Notes under the pieces: model-generated
The model's database searches: none
What the model saw: only the letters and a program-made list of their open reading frames with translations
Told to the model about the DNA's origin: nothing
DNA from: Lama guanicoe
Taxonomy: Eukaryota
Direction: 5' to 3'
Length of the DNA: 64,000 nt
Assembly: GCA_013239625.1 (NCBI GenBank)
Contig: MU053629.1
Coordinates: 3,313,567-3,377,566 of the forward strand
Shown: positions 13,326-25,050 of the stretch, in pieces
How the letters are laid out: each line of letters opens with the position of its first letter
Position numbering within the stretch: the first letter of the stretch is position 1
Translations under genes and position numbers: made by a program

Positions 13326-13890
13326 GTTCAGAGCAGCACTATTCACAATGGCCAAGACATGGAAGCAACCTGAATGTCTATCGACAGATGACTGGATAAA
13401 AGAGTTGTGGTATAAATACAATGGAATACTACTCAGCCATAAAAAAGAATGAAATAATGTTATTTGCTGCAACATGGATGGACCTAGAGATGATCATATG
13501 AAGTGAAGTAAGTCAGAGACAGAGAAAGACAAATACATGATATCACTTATATGTAGAATCTAAAAAAATGACACAAACCTTTTTTACAAAACAGACTCAT
13601 AGACATAGAAAACAAACTTATGGTTACCTAAGGGGGAAGCGGGGGTGGGGGGAGGGAATAAGGTTTGGAATTTGCAGATACAAACTACTATATATAAAAC
13701 AGATAAACAACAGGGTCCTACTGTATAGCACAGGGAACTGTATTCAATGTCTTGTAATAGCCTATAATGAAAAAGACTATGAAAAAGAACATATATATGT
13801 ACATATGACTGAATCACTGTGCTGTATACCAGAAACTAACACAACATTGTTAATCAACTATATACGTCAATAAAAAAAATTTTTTTTAAA
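13326..13890 (+). mobile_element. Young, 5'-truncated L1 (ORF2 end, 3' UTR, A tail)
   Basis: gcagcactattcacaatggccaagacatggaagcaacc...atggatggacctagagatgatcat...caataaaaaaaa. Low divergence; no clear target-site duplication (TSD) seen. Confidence 0.9.
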
Positions 13891-14167
13891 GAACCAGGTT
13901 TTTCTTCAAAGATGGGGTGACAGGGAAGGGGGAATGTTTACACACGGCTGTGGCAGAAAGAGCAGGGCTCAGGGGGACAGCTGGACTTTTCTGGTTTTGC
14001 TATTTGACCATGGGCGTGTCATTTCCTGCCTCTGAGTCTGAGTTTTCTCTTCCATAAAATGGGGAGATGTTTAAGGGAATGAACCCCCCCCACACACACA
14101 CACATACACACAAAGTCCCCTCTGTGGCTAAGGCCTTGTACCCTTGTGTTGTTAAAATTCATTTCTT

Positions 14168-14283
14168 GAGGGGAGGGTACAGCTCAGTGATAGAGTGCAT
14201 GCCTAGCATGCACAAGGTCCTGGGTTCAATCCCCAGTACCTCCATTAAATAAATGAACAAACAAACCTAATTACCCTCTCTCC
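14168..14283 (+). mobile_element. Vic-1-type tRNA-derived camelid SINE
   Basis: A box (agctcagtgatag) and B box (ggttcaatcc), tail aaacctaattacc. TSD aaaattcattt at 14154-14164 and 14284-14294. Confidence 0.9.
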
Positions 14284-14782
14284 AAAATTCATTTTTCATT
14301 CTTTCCTTTTCTTTCACATGAGGGACAAGAAGATTATAGTTTCGTTTGGCACTTTAACCAGCCCATTTCAAGCACATCCTACAAGAACATGGGAGATGTG
14401 TGAGGTGAACATTATTGTCTCCATTTTGCAGATGGGAAAACTGAGGCCCAGATGAGCTAGGTTACCACTGCTTAATCACAACTGCTAGCAGTTCGAGGTC
14501 ACACGCATTCTGGAACAGATACCAAGCTGAACCCAGGTTCTGCCTCCAAGTCTGTGTTCTTTGCACCATATGATGCAGTTTCTCAGAACAGATGATGGGG
14601 GAAATCGAGCCAAGCTCACTAATCCCATCACCTGGGTCTCCCTGGCATTGTGCTGAGAAGCACCTGGAGCCGAAGCAGAGAGGGAAAAACAGCAATGAAA
14701 AGAGCAAGGAAGGCTGGGTTTAACCCTTCACCACCTTCTGGCTTAACAGCTCATTCATGGCCCAGCCATCTGCTGGCGCAGT

Positions 14783-14892
14783 CCAGGGCAACGGTTCTCA
14801 AAGTGTGGTCCCCAGGCGGGGACGGGTATCCCCTGCGGGCTCATTGGAAATGCAAAATCTCAGGCTCCACCTCAGACCTATTGAATCAGAAA
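14783..14892. mobile_element. MER5A fragment
   Basis: ggttctcaaagtgtggtcccc...gaaatgcaaaatctcaggctccacctcagacctattgaatcagaaa. Confidence 0.75.
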
Positions 14893-15800
14893 TGAATGAT
14901 AAATGGGTCCACTTTAGACAAGGTAATGAGGTGGCTACCATGTGATATCATTTCAACAATGTCAGGATTCATTACTCCGTTGAAAAACGTCTCCCTTGAG
15001 CAGATGTGAGAAGGAGAAAAGGGAGAAAAGCTTTCACTCTCCGGTGAGGAGACCAGCAGGAGAAAGGCCCCAGGGTGGGAGCCCCGAGACCCCGCGCTCC
15101 GGGAGAGGCAGTGGATGGGCTGTGCTTGGAGTAGGGATTGATCGCCGAGGGGGAGGGGGGTGGACCATTTCTTGTACGGAGCTCTAGCCGACGAGTCCAA
15201 CCTCCTGCCTGGGAAGAGGGGCGAGGATGGACCTGTGCTGTGGTTTCTAATGTGCTAAGTGCTGAGCTAGATACTTCATTTTCATCATTTCAGTTCATTC
15301 TCTCTCTCTCACACACACACAAAAGGCAGGTGGCATTGTCCCCATTTTACAGATGGGAAAAGGGGCCCCCACTGAGCTTGCATAGGTGGCCCAAGTGTCT
15401 GCGCCAGGGTTTAAGTTTAAACCCAGATCCTGATAATTTCAACCCCCCCTGCTGTTTCCACTGGACCACAGTGTCCAGGAAGCCATCACTGTCCCAAAGC
15501 CCGGTACCTCCCAACAGGGCAGGGCTGAGCTGTCTGCTTGAGGGTTCTGAGCTGCATCAGGTGGACACAAGCTGACAGCCAGCTCTCCGATCTCGACCCC
15601 TCGGCACACCCTCCCAAGTTTCAGTTAAGGTGTTGGGGCTGCCCGTCTTTTAATGTTTCCTGAGGCTTAATGGCTGAGAATGCCAAATGTGGTTATCAGA
15701 GGGGCTTCCAGTCCAGCTGGGGAGAGAAATGTAACCCAGTTGAAACAGTTCCTAGCGCCAACCAGTGAGTAGTTAAATACCAACATGAATGGCTTAGCAA

Positions 15801-15900
15801 TTGAGAGAAGGGGGAGAGAGGCGAGTGTGACCTGGAGCAGTTCGGGAGGGCTTTCTGGGAGCCGCGGCAGGGTGTCGGTGGGTTTGTAGCACTGGGATTC
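15801..15900 (+). ncRNA. Sequence orthologous to the human MIR4311 locus; function as a miRNA here is doubtful
   Basis: gagtgtgacctggagcagttcgggagggctttctggg closely matches my recollection of pre-miR-4311 (GAGTGTGACCTGGAGCAGCTCAGGAGGGCTTCCTGGG), which in human lies antisense within MEGF11. From memory, not a search. Confidence 0.55.
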
Positions 15901-16342
15901 ACTGCTGGTGGTGGCTGCGGAGAGCCTTCAGCCATGCTCTCCATCAGGCCTCTAAAACAACTCCAGATGTTCCACCGATGTTTCCCCGGCCTCTTTCTCA
16001 TACAATAATTATCTTTTAATGGCACCCATTAATGCAAATTGGGTACATTGGGAAGTATATTTCACAGCAAATGCGCACTCAGTCCTCCAGACAGTGCCCC
16101 CTCCAAGCCCTCCAAGGTGAGGCGGGCACTCGCTGGCGGGGGTGGTGATGGAGGTCTAGGCTGAGGGCTGACTATGTGAGCACAGCGGGGGCAACTCCAA
16201 ATGGGGACCCTGGAGCTGGAGGATGGGGAGGGAAGTTGAAGGCCTCCTACAGCATCTTACTCATCTCTTTTGGAAACTCATATCGCTGCTGTAATCACTC
16301 ACTTTCATGCCTAAACCTCTACCACACTGAAGTTCAAGGGGA

Positions 16343-16505
16343 TGGGAACACCATGTACAGCTGTGTGAGTTGTGCACTGCTCAAGGTGCCTAGCCAAGGG
16401 GGAAAGGGGCTGAAATCCAGCCTGCCCTCAACTTGCCACCAGAGCTGTGTCCACTCCCAGGAAGGGCCGCCTTTTTGCAGTTTTCACAAAGGGTCCATTT
16501 AGGCT
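16343..16505. mobile_element. hAT-Tip100 MITE (MER91-like)
   Basis: caccatgtacagctgtgtgagttgtgcactgctcaagg...ggggctgaaatccagcct. Confidence 0.6.
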
Positions 16506-17084
16506 GCCTGATGCTACGCCTGTTTGTCCTCGACTGAATCACTGCCCCCTGGCACACTACTGGGCACAGAGTAGGTCCTCAGTACGTGTCTGTGGCATCA
16601 ATAAATGCATGAAAACAAGCAAGAATCCAAGAATGACTGCATGGAAGAAAGAACAACTCTGAGATGGGTAGGTTTGTTATTCCAATTCACAAATAAGCAT
16701 CCAGCTTTCAGAAAATTAAGGCAGGAAGCGTGACTAATACTTCTCTTGAGTATTTCCCTACTTCCCCAGGTTTCCTTCTCTAAGCTCAGTACAGCTCTGA
16801 GCACACAACAGGGCCTTGGTAAACTGATCCACTGGGAAAGAAATAAACTACTGGGACACACTGAGATCTGTGAGGGCAAAGAAGCACATGCCACTGAAGA
16901 GAAGACATAAGCTCTCTACTCAGGTGCCCTACACAACAAGATGGCTAACTTCTCTGGACCTCAGTCTTCTTGTCTGTAAAGTGGGGATACCCACAATCCT
17001 GATCTCACAGTTTCTCTGAGAGCAAATGAAATTACATATGAGAAAGGGTTTTGTAACTGCTGAAGTGCTACGCGCTAGACTCAG

Positions 17085-17300
17085 TTCTTCCGACATGTTA
17101 TTCAAAATCTGGCCCAACAATTGTTTTTATCAATAAAGTTTTATTGAGCCACAGCCATGCCATTCATTTGTATATGGTTTGTGGCTGCTCTCACTCTACA
17201 ATGACAAAGTTGAGTAGTTGTGACAGGAACGTTTTATGTAGCTTTCAAAGGCTAAAATATTTATTATCCAGCCCTTTATAGAAAAGCTTGCCAATCCCTG
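17085..17300. mobile_element. MER58A-like hAT-Charlie MITE
   Basis: aataaagttttattgagccacagccatgccattcattt...aaaatatttattatccagccctttatagaaaagcttgccaatccctg. Confidence 0.8.
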
Positions 17301-17309
17301 TGTAAACTC

Positions 17310-17490
17310 CTTTAAGCCTTCTAACCACCTTGTGAGTTAAGTACTAATATTATTACCTCCATTTTACAGATGAGAAAACTGAGGCACAGAGCAGTTAAGT
17401 AACTTGCCCAGGGTCACACAGCAGGGAAGTGGCAGAGCTGGGATTCAAACCAGGGTTGGCAGGGACCCAAGCCCATGCTCTTAAACACAA
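17310..17490. mobile_element. MIR SINE (well preserved)
   Basis: ccattttacagatgagaaaactgaggcacagagcagttaagtaacttgcccagggtcacacagc...gagctgggattcaaacc. Many further MIR fragments occur, e.g. near 6.5, 7.4, 8.4, 14.4, 22.3, 25.3, 30.4, 38.8, 41.4, 41.7, 42.3, 43.7, 52.2, 55.0, 55.9 and 60.6 kb. Confidence 0.9.
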
Positions 17491-17741
17491 AATCATCCAG
17501 CCTCTCACGCCCTAAAGCAGGGCTCAGCTTACAAAGTCCTAGACCCTAAGGACAAGGGGGACCTGGGGGCAACCAAAGCCAAATAGAAGGAGGTCCTTGC
17601 TCATGCAAGGGAGAGAAAGCACACGTATCACTACCCAGGGGAGCGGGTCGAGGCTGAAATGGGAAACAAAGCCAGGAACGGTTCAGACAAACCTCTGGGA
17701 GACAGACTTGGCTCCAGGGGAGCTCAGAGCACTGGGGCGAA

Positions 17742-18195
17742 TGTGCCAGGTTCCTAGGGCTGCCGCAACTAAGTACCACAAACGGGGTGGCTTAAAACCA
17801 CAGAAATGTGTTCTCTCCCACTCCTGGAGGCCAGAAGTGTGGACCGAGGTGTCGGCAGGGTCACGCTCCCTCTGAAACCTGTAGGGGTCCTTCCTTGCCT
17901 TGTCCTGGATTCTGGCTGCAGCCGGCAGTCCTTTGCGTCCCTTGGCTTGCAACTGCCAACAGTTGAATCCCTGCCTTCGTCGTCCCAGGGCGCTCTCCCT
18001 GGGTGTCTCTGTCTCACGTGGCCGGCTTCTTCTAAGGACACTTATGATCATATTGGATCAGGGGCCCAATCCACTCCAGTAATTAAGTAATTACACCTGC
18101 AGTGACCATGTTTCCAACTGAGGTCCCATTCTGAGGCGCTGGGGGTGGGGACTTCAATGTGTCTTTTTTGAGGGGACACAATTCAGCTCATAATA
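17742..18195 (-). mobile_element. MaLR solo LTR (MLT1B/C-like)
   Basis: tgt...ttcctagggctgccgcaactaagtaccacaaacggggtggcttaaaacca...aggtcccattctgagg...ggggacacaattcagc. Confidence 0.85.
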
Positions 18196-19049
18196 AAGAA
18201 TGTCTCAGAACTCCGAGCTGGGGCTGTCCCAACCTTTCTCTGAGTCAAGGAGCCAGCCAGAGACAGAGAGAAGGAGCAGGGGCCTGCAGGCACCCGGGGT
18301 GAGGTGAGTACATGGCTATTTCCATCGCAAACGTCTTCTAGAACTTTCCTCGCTCTACAGACTGAGAGCTCCTTGAGGCTGAGGCTGGGTCTTCCTCCCT
18401 CCGTCTCCACATAGTAGGTGGCAACCCACTGATTGCGTCAAACTGTCCCTCGATGCCTCTGTTGGAAAAGCGGCAGGGCCACAGGGTTGACTGGCTCTGG
18501 ACTCCTCTTGGGCTGAAATCAGATGCAAATGACCTGGCACTGCCAGGCCAGCTGGGCTGCCAGGGGCGTCCTGGGGTAGGAGGGCCCCGAACCGGCCCCA
18601 TGTGCTGCCCTAGCCGGGCTTCTGAGGGCCATCTGGGCGGAGACCATGTGAACACCAGATGACACGCAGCCCAGCGGCCCTTCACCCGCGCGTTTGCACA
18701 GCTAATGTAATTAAGCCTGTGGGATGTTGACACGAAGGGAGCCATGTTTGAGAAGGCCTTATCAGCAACCCTGGAAGTCCCAGATTACTGCACTGAAAGG
18801 TTCTCACACACACGCAACCTAAGGAGCGTGCCGTCCAGAAAGTGCTGGCTGCAGGGCTGGCCCTGCTGAGAAACAGGACTCTTTGGGAGCTGCTCTGGGG
18901 ATAGTCACATGCACCAGGTACCTACTAAGAGCCCCATCCAGGACTCGGTCACTTATTCACTCAACCAACACATCCTGAGCAGCTTCTAGTCAACCAAGCA
19001 CCGGGGATTAAGGATGAAAAAGACCCCAAAACCAGCCCTGGAGGAGGAC

Positions 19050-19270
19050 AGATACACAGAAATAGAAAACTGTATGCTGAAATATTTACAGATAAACTGA
19101 TATGATGCCTGGGCGAGGGGGAAGGTAGGAGGGGATGTAGATGACACACGAGTGGCCAGCAGCTGGCACTTGTTGAAGCTGGTGGTAATGGTTACATAGG
19201 ATTCACTACATTATTCTCCTACTTTTGTATGTATTTGAAATATTCTGTAAGTTTTGAGAAATAAAAGTTA
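19050..19270 (+). mobile_element. Old L1 3' UTR fragment (L1MC-like)
   Basis: tatgctgaaatatttacagataaa...ttgttgaagctgg...ttcactacattattctcctacttttgtatgtatttgaaat...aataaaag. Confidence 0.7.
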
Positions 19271-19599
19271 AAACGGAAGACGCCAGCGGCAATTGGCACA
19301 GTGGCGGGCGGGGAGAGGAAAAGGTACTAAGACTGATTCCCAGAGAAGACAGGGATCTGCGTCTGTCCTGAGAGACGAGAGGAACCGTCTACCCTTGGGG
19401 AACTCACACAAAGCATACAGGCATCTCTGTTACAGACAGATGATGTAGAAACAACATGGTTCCCAGAATCACCCAGACTGTTCAAATCCCACCCCTAAAT
19501 TTGGGAAAACAGTACCCACTTTATAGAGGAGTTGTTGGCATTAAGGAAGTAGTAGACGAGAAGGGGCCTCGCCCATAATAGGCACTGAATCAATGATCG

Positions 19600-20010
19600 T
19601 TTCATCCATCGCTCCACCCACTGATGCATGCAGCCACGCACCAATCATCCACCCGTCCATCCATCCAGTTATCACCCATCCACCCATCCATGCATCATGC
19701 TTCCAACCATCGTCCACCCATCCACCCACCCATCCATCCATCCACACATCCAGCTATCATCCACCCACTCATCCATCCATCCAGCTATTATCCATCCACC
19801 CATCCAGCTACCATCGATCCATCCACCCATCCACCCAGCTATCATCCATCCATCCATCCAGCTATTATCCATCCACCCACCCATCCATCCATCCAGCTAT
19901 CATCCATCTATCCATCCATCCATCCAGCTATCATCCATTTACCCACCCATCTATCATCCTTCCAGCCATCATCCATCCATCCAGCTATCATCCATCCATC
20001 CATCATCACA
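19600..20010 (+). repeat. Compound (CCAT/CCAC)n tandem repeat punctuated by CCAGCTATCAT anchors
   Basis: Read directly: CCAGCTA at 19750, 19781, 19804, 19835, 19858, 19893, 19924 and 19981. Confidence 0.95.
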
Positions 20011-20343
20011 GTGTATTCTCTCCATGCTCCTGTCTACACTGTGAACTTCAAGGCAGAAAGAGAGTGTACATATTCATAGCCCTGATGCCTCCCCCACACA
20101 AAGCCTGTGCCCCAGAAAGTGCTACATGGTTAAATGGCTGCTGAAAAGTTCTCTTACACTTGCATTAGGGGCCACGTGTTCTTAGAAATTAACCTGGAAG
20201 ATGAGGAGACTGGAGGGGTGGTGTGTTAACTGGGAGGCTTGTTTCCACAGAACGTGGACCTGGAGGAAGGTCTTAACAGGAGCGCCCTGCAGAGGGGACA
20301 GTCTGAATCATGAAGCCCAAACAGTGCAGAATGAGAAGGCATA

Positions 20344-20790
20344 TGTCAGCAGAGTCTGGGTCATGCTACTATAACAAACAGCCCTCAGCTCTAAGAGGAT
20401 TAACACAAAGATTTATATTTTGCTCATACAAAGTCTGCTGTGGTCCGGGCAGATTTCCAGGGCAGGCGGCCTTCATGGAATGAGACAGCAATCCTGGAAG
20501 CTCCAATTCGGTGGCTCCACGAACTCAACCGAGGCTTCCATGGCACAGGGGCTTGCCACAGTGTGGGGACCTCCCCACCCCACCCCTCCTCCCTCACCCA
20601 TCCATCTGCACCTGGAGTCCTGTGGCTGTAGAATGCAGCCAGGCTTTTGAACAAGGGTCCTGCACCACAGGACTCCAGGCCTGGCAGGAGAGAGTGGAGG
20701 GGTGGGGAGCCTCTGTTCCTTGCTTGTCCACTCAAGGCGCTTGCTCCAGGGTCACCTTACCCATCCACGACTTGAAACTTCCTCTGCACA
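20344..20790 (-). mobile_element. MaLR solo LTR relic (MLT1J/K-like)
   Basis: tgtcagc...atgctactataacaaacagccctc...taacacaaagatttatattttgctcatacaaagtc. Confidence 0.6.
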
Positions 20791-23700
20791 AGCTGCCTCT
20801 GATTCAGGGTTCCTTGGCTTGGCATCTCAGCTCCGTGGCAGATATTAACTACCCGCCCGATATCCACGTGCTTTGCCACATTTACCAGCCCCTTGTAGCC
20901 CGGAGGGCCCATGAGACTAGTCCTGGCCAGTGGGCTGTGAGGGGAGTGACATGTGTCACCTCTGACGGAAGCACAGAAGAGTAGGTGTGATTCTGGCAAA
21001 TCCTCTGGCTCCCTTCTTCTTTTAACCAAAACAATGCTTCGTGTGGGCACGGTGCTTTACAGTTTGCAAAGCCCTTTCCCCACCATGATCTCACTGGAGC
21101 CTTACCACAACCCTGCATGGTAACATGATCATATCCTCATCTGGCATCTGTGGCAGCTGGGGCTTGGAAAGATAAAGTAACCTGCTCTGGGTCACACGGC
21201 AGGCAGCTAGCTCTCCACTTCCTCTCTTGTCTGATTTTCTTTTCCTCCTTCCCTCCAGCTTGTCTCCTATCCCCCCACACCTCCACACCCCCCCCCACTA
21301 TCCCAAATACCCACACACCTCAGATTACCTTTGGAAGTTCCTGATCTAACAGAGCAGGGCCCATCCAGGCGTAGGCAGCCCTATTTCTAGAAGGTGGGCA
21401 TTTAGCCTGCAGTGTGTGGGTCGCACAGTGGGCTTGGCGGTCAGGCTCTCTGAAGAGCCCCCTGGAGCAGATCTGGGAGGACAGTTGGACACTTTGGACG
21501 GGCACCGCTAAGACCCCACGGATGATCTGCAGCTGCCGTGAGCAGGGGGCCTCCGCTCTTGGCTAAGCCTGAGTGTCAGGGTCGTGGGCTTCCTTGTTTG
21601 CTTTGCTCTTAAGGGATCTGTTCATTTGGTGTGCACACCGCGCCCACTTCTAAAGAGACAGCTGGAACAGCAGTGCAGAAATGCTAGCAGGCAGCCCCTC
21701 GCCCGCCCCATCTGGCTTCGCCAACTCTGGGGTTAGGCACTTGCTCGCCTCCCTCTCTTTGCCCAGGCTGTTCCCTCTACCAAAATGCCTTTCCCTCACT
21801 TCTGCCTGGTCCACTCTGCCCAAAGCTCACAGAGGTATATGATCAGCCAACTAACTCCATTCCCGACTCACCACCGTCACCTGCCAGGAATGGGGAAAAC
21901 GAGGTAGGGAGGGTCTTCCTCCCGAGTCCCTCTGCAGGTGATGCCATCAGTGAATGCACTAAGTCAATGAATGTGGATTTCAGTGCCTCTCCAAGTTCAT
22001 TTGACTCTCGGCTCAGCAGATTCCAAGATGCTGGGTCCAAAGAGAGCCATGCAGGGTGTTGTGCTAACCCCGCGCCCTTCAAAGGAGGCACCGAGGAGGC
22101 AAAACCCCTGCCCGCAGAGGAAGGGTTCAGTTAGGACCTCTCCAACTGCCTGATGACAGAGCAGGGATTTAAACAGCCGTGTGCAGCTGTTTATCATGTG
22201 GCATAACAAAGAGTGGCTTTTTTTTTCCCAACAGACAAAACTGGATTTGCAACCCAGCTCTGCACTTTACTTGCTGTGTGACCTTGAGTCGGTTGCTAAG
22301 CACCTCTGAACCTCTGTTCTTTCCTCATTTGCTATCCAGGCAAGTCCATTTTCTCTGAGCTTTGGTTTCCTCATCTGCAAAACTGTCTGTACCCTCCTCG
22401 CAGGTTGGTTTTAAGGATGGAAGGGAATCTGAGCACGCACAGCCCTGGGGCATGATAAACACTGGCTCCCCGGTCTCTAGGATGACCTGTAAACGGCCCG
22501 CTTCACTCCGCAGGGAATACTCCCCAGTATTTAGAGCAGACATCTTCTTTGGGTCCTTTCACATCCTCTCCGTTTTGGATTCCTTTATGCCTGGTCCACA
22601 AGCTCCATCCCAACTGCCAGTGAGACTGTTTGAAAAGATGTGATCAAGAGGAGCGGAGAGCAGGGAGGAAACCCAGCGAGCCCGGGAGAGTCCCTGCGGT
22701 GCAGCCTCCGCGTGAGGCCAGCCAGGCTGCCCGCCCTGCAGGGCGTCCTCGGGGCTGCAGGCTCAGCGGAGGGTGGGGTGGGGGGACAGTCTACACGCCC
22801 TCCCAGGTCCTTCATGGCATCACCAACGGGAACCGTGGACGGTGCCCTTCTCTGGGAGGTTCCAAGAAAGGGAGAGACAGCCATCTGTGTGGATTTCAAC
22901 AAGGGAGTGATGGCTTCTCTCTGCAGCCTGGGGCTCTGCTGGGCTTGGCAGCCAAGTGACCAGGGACAAATCTGCTTCTAAGCCTCAGTGTCTCTTCTCC
23001 CCCATAACACCCGCCCCGTGGTTCACTGTGACGACAGTCAAAGGAGGTGATGCATGGAAAACATTGAGGCTGGACCACTGATACCCAGTGCCTGGCCTCT
23101 GCTGGCTGATGGACTGAACATCCTGTCCGCCCTGTCACCCTGGTGGGTGGCACACAGGTGGGGGATGCCCTGGCCATCCTAAGGTCCCAGGTGGGCAAGC
23201 GAGACCACAGGAGGCTAATGTGCCCCATAAATGATATTGTAAGTTCTAGGCAGGACCAGGACTAACCGACAAGATCCTAATTGCTATCACTTGCGAATGT
23301 TCCTGGGGCCTGGGGCAAGCATCCTTCAAGCCTTATCTTCTTCAGCCCTCAAAGCAGCCCTGTGAAGAGCATTTTCTCATCATCCCCATTTTACAGTCAG
23401 GGAAGCTGAGGTGCTCTGATGAGCCTCGACCCTGCTCTCTCTCCTCCCAGGAGAGACAACAGGGGCTTTTTTTGCAACAGGAGAGGGGGCTGCAGAAGAG
23501 AGCTGAGGGTCCTCTGGGGGAGGCAGCCATGTGCCCGCACAGCATGCCCCACCCTCCACGGACCTTGGTCCCACAAACCAGAGGCATGAGCCAGAGTCAC
23601 CCCTGCCTTTGGACCCAGTAAGTGTTGACTTCGGGACAGGCTGTTATTTTCCAGACTGGCTGTGAACCACACCATTATCTTCCTCATCACAGAAAGACTA

Positions 23701-24399
23701 TTCAAGCTTCACACTCTGGGTTTTAAACAGTATTGTCCCTGGGGCCCCTGGGCCAGGGAAAGGGTCGGGGTTGGGGGAGAGGTGGCCAAGGAGAAGGGAT
23801 GGTGTGTTGATAGTTCTAATTTACCAACGGCAATTAGCTTCCAAAGACGGCTAACCTTTCAACCTTCTGCCTGCCTTCACTGGGGGAACTATTGACATTT
23901 AGAATCTGCAAGCCAAGCGCTGCGGCGAGGGAGGCAATGTTTTTTTAATGGGGGCTCAGGGCCCGTGGATGGGTTCCCCCTGCCCTGTGCCATTTGCATA
24001 CTTTACAGGGTGGAGGGTGAGCTGGATTTTAACAGGTTTGTTGGCTTCCTGGAAAAGTGAGTGCCGCGCACTGTGGGAATTATTATACGTGTGGTTTTCA
24101 GACGCAGCTCTCTGTGCATTCTTACACCCCCTCCACAGCTCTGGTCCGTGCCAGAAGAGAACTAGGCAGAAAGTATAACACAGATCTGGGATGGGCCAGA
24201 GGCTTCACTCTCTCACCATCTAAGAGACTGTAAGATCAAGGTCCTTTCCCCTGCCTGCCTCTGGCCAAGAACCCACCTCTTCCCGGGTCAGATCGTGCTT
24301 TCCAGCAGTTACTGTGTCCAGCCCCCTTCCCCCTGGACAGTATGGTCAGCTTCCTCTAGCCCAGCCAGGGCTTCTCTAGGTCTTTAATTCATCCATCCA

Positions 24400-25050
24400 C
24401 CCATCCACGAATCCATTCAAGCAACTAACATTTACTAAGGGCTTATTACACACTGGGCACTGTTCTAGGCAAGAAGGATGCAGCAGAGAATAGACTGAGG
24501 ATGGGGAGTCTACACTGTAGTGGAGAATACAGAGGATAAACCAAGAAAGTAAATGCAGTATGTGGAATATCAACTGTGCCATGTGCTTAGGAGAACAATA
24601 CAGCAGGGAAGGAGGAGAGAGTGTCGGGGTGGGAGATATGCACTTCTAATACAGAGGTCAGAAAAAGCCTCACCCGAGGCTTTCAGCAGAGACATGAAGT
24701 GGCAAGGAGTAAGTCACGTCGAGGCAGTGGGAACAGCCAGTGCAAAGGTAATGAGGTTCCCAAGAGAGACCTGCCACAGGCAGGGGATCGCAAGGAGGTC
24801 AGTGCAGCTGATAAGTGGGCAAGGTGGGGAGAGGTAGGCAAGAATCACGCAGGGACACAGACGCCTCCAACGGGGTTTTGGCTCTGACTCTGTGTGCCAC
24901 GGGGAGCCGCTCATGCCAGGGAAGAACGGCATGAGCTGGCCAGTGTTTTAAAAGGTCCACCCTGGCAGCTGATAGTAGATTTTAGAGAGTCAGAGAGACA
25001 GGACAGAGAGAAATTAGGAGGCTGTGGCAGTAACCTAGGTGACAGGTCCT
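24400..25050. mobile_element. L2 LINE fragment
   Basis: cattcaagcaactaacatttactaagggcttatta...gggcactgttctaggc...gggaacagccagtgcaaagg...gttttaaaagg...ttaggaggctgtggcagtaa. Other L2 fragments near 8.7-9.0, 12.6-12.9, 28.3-28.6, 46.4 and 51.1-52.1 kb. Confidence 0.8.

Noticed and set aside
14168..14245. tRNA gene (and the four similar copies)
   Set aside because: They have A-rich tails and TSDs and degenerate stems, so they are SINE heads rather than tRNA genes.
19593..20144. Overlapping His/Pro/Ser/Ile-rich ORFs of 138-183 aa, and a CRISPR-like spacing of anchors
   Set aside because: The frames are open only because the (CCAT)n repeat lacks stops. The 'spacers' are microsatellite, the anchor is 11 nt, and there are no cas genes in this mammalian DNA.
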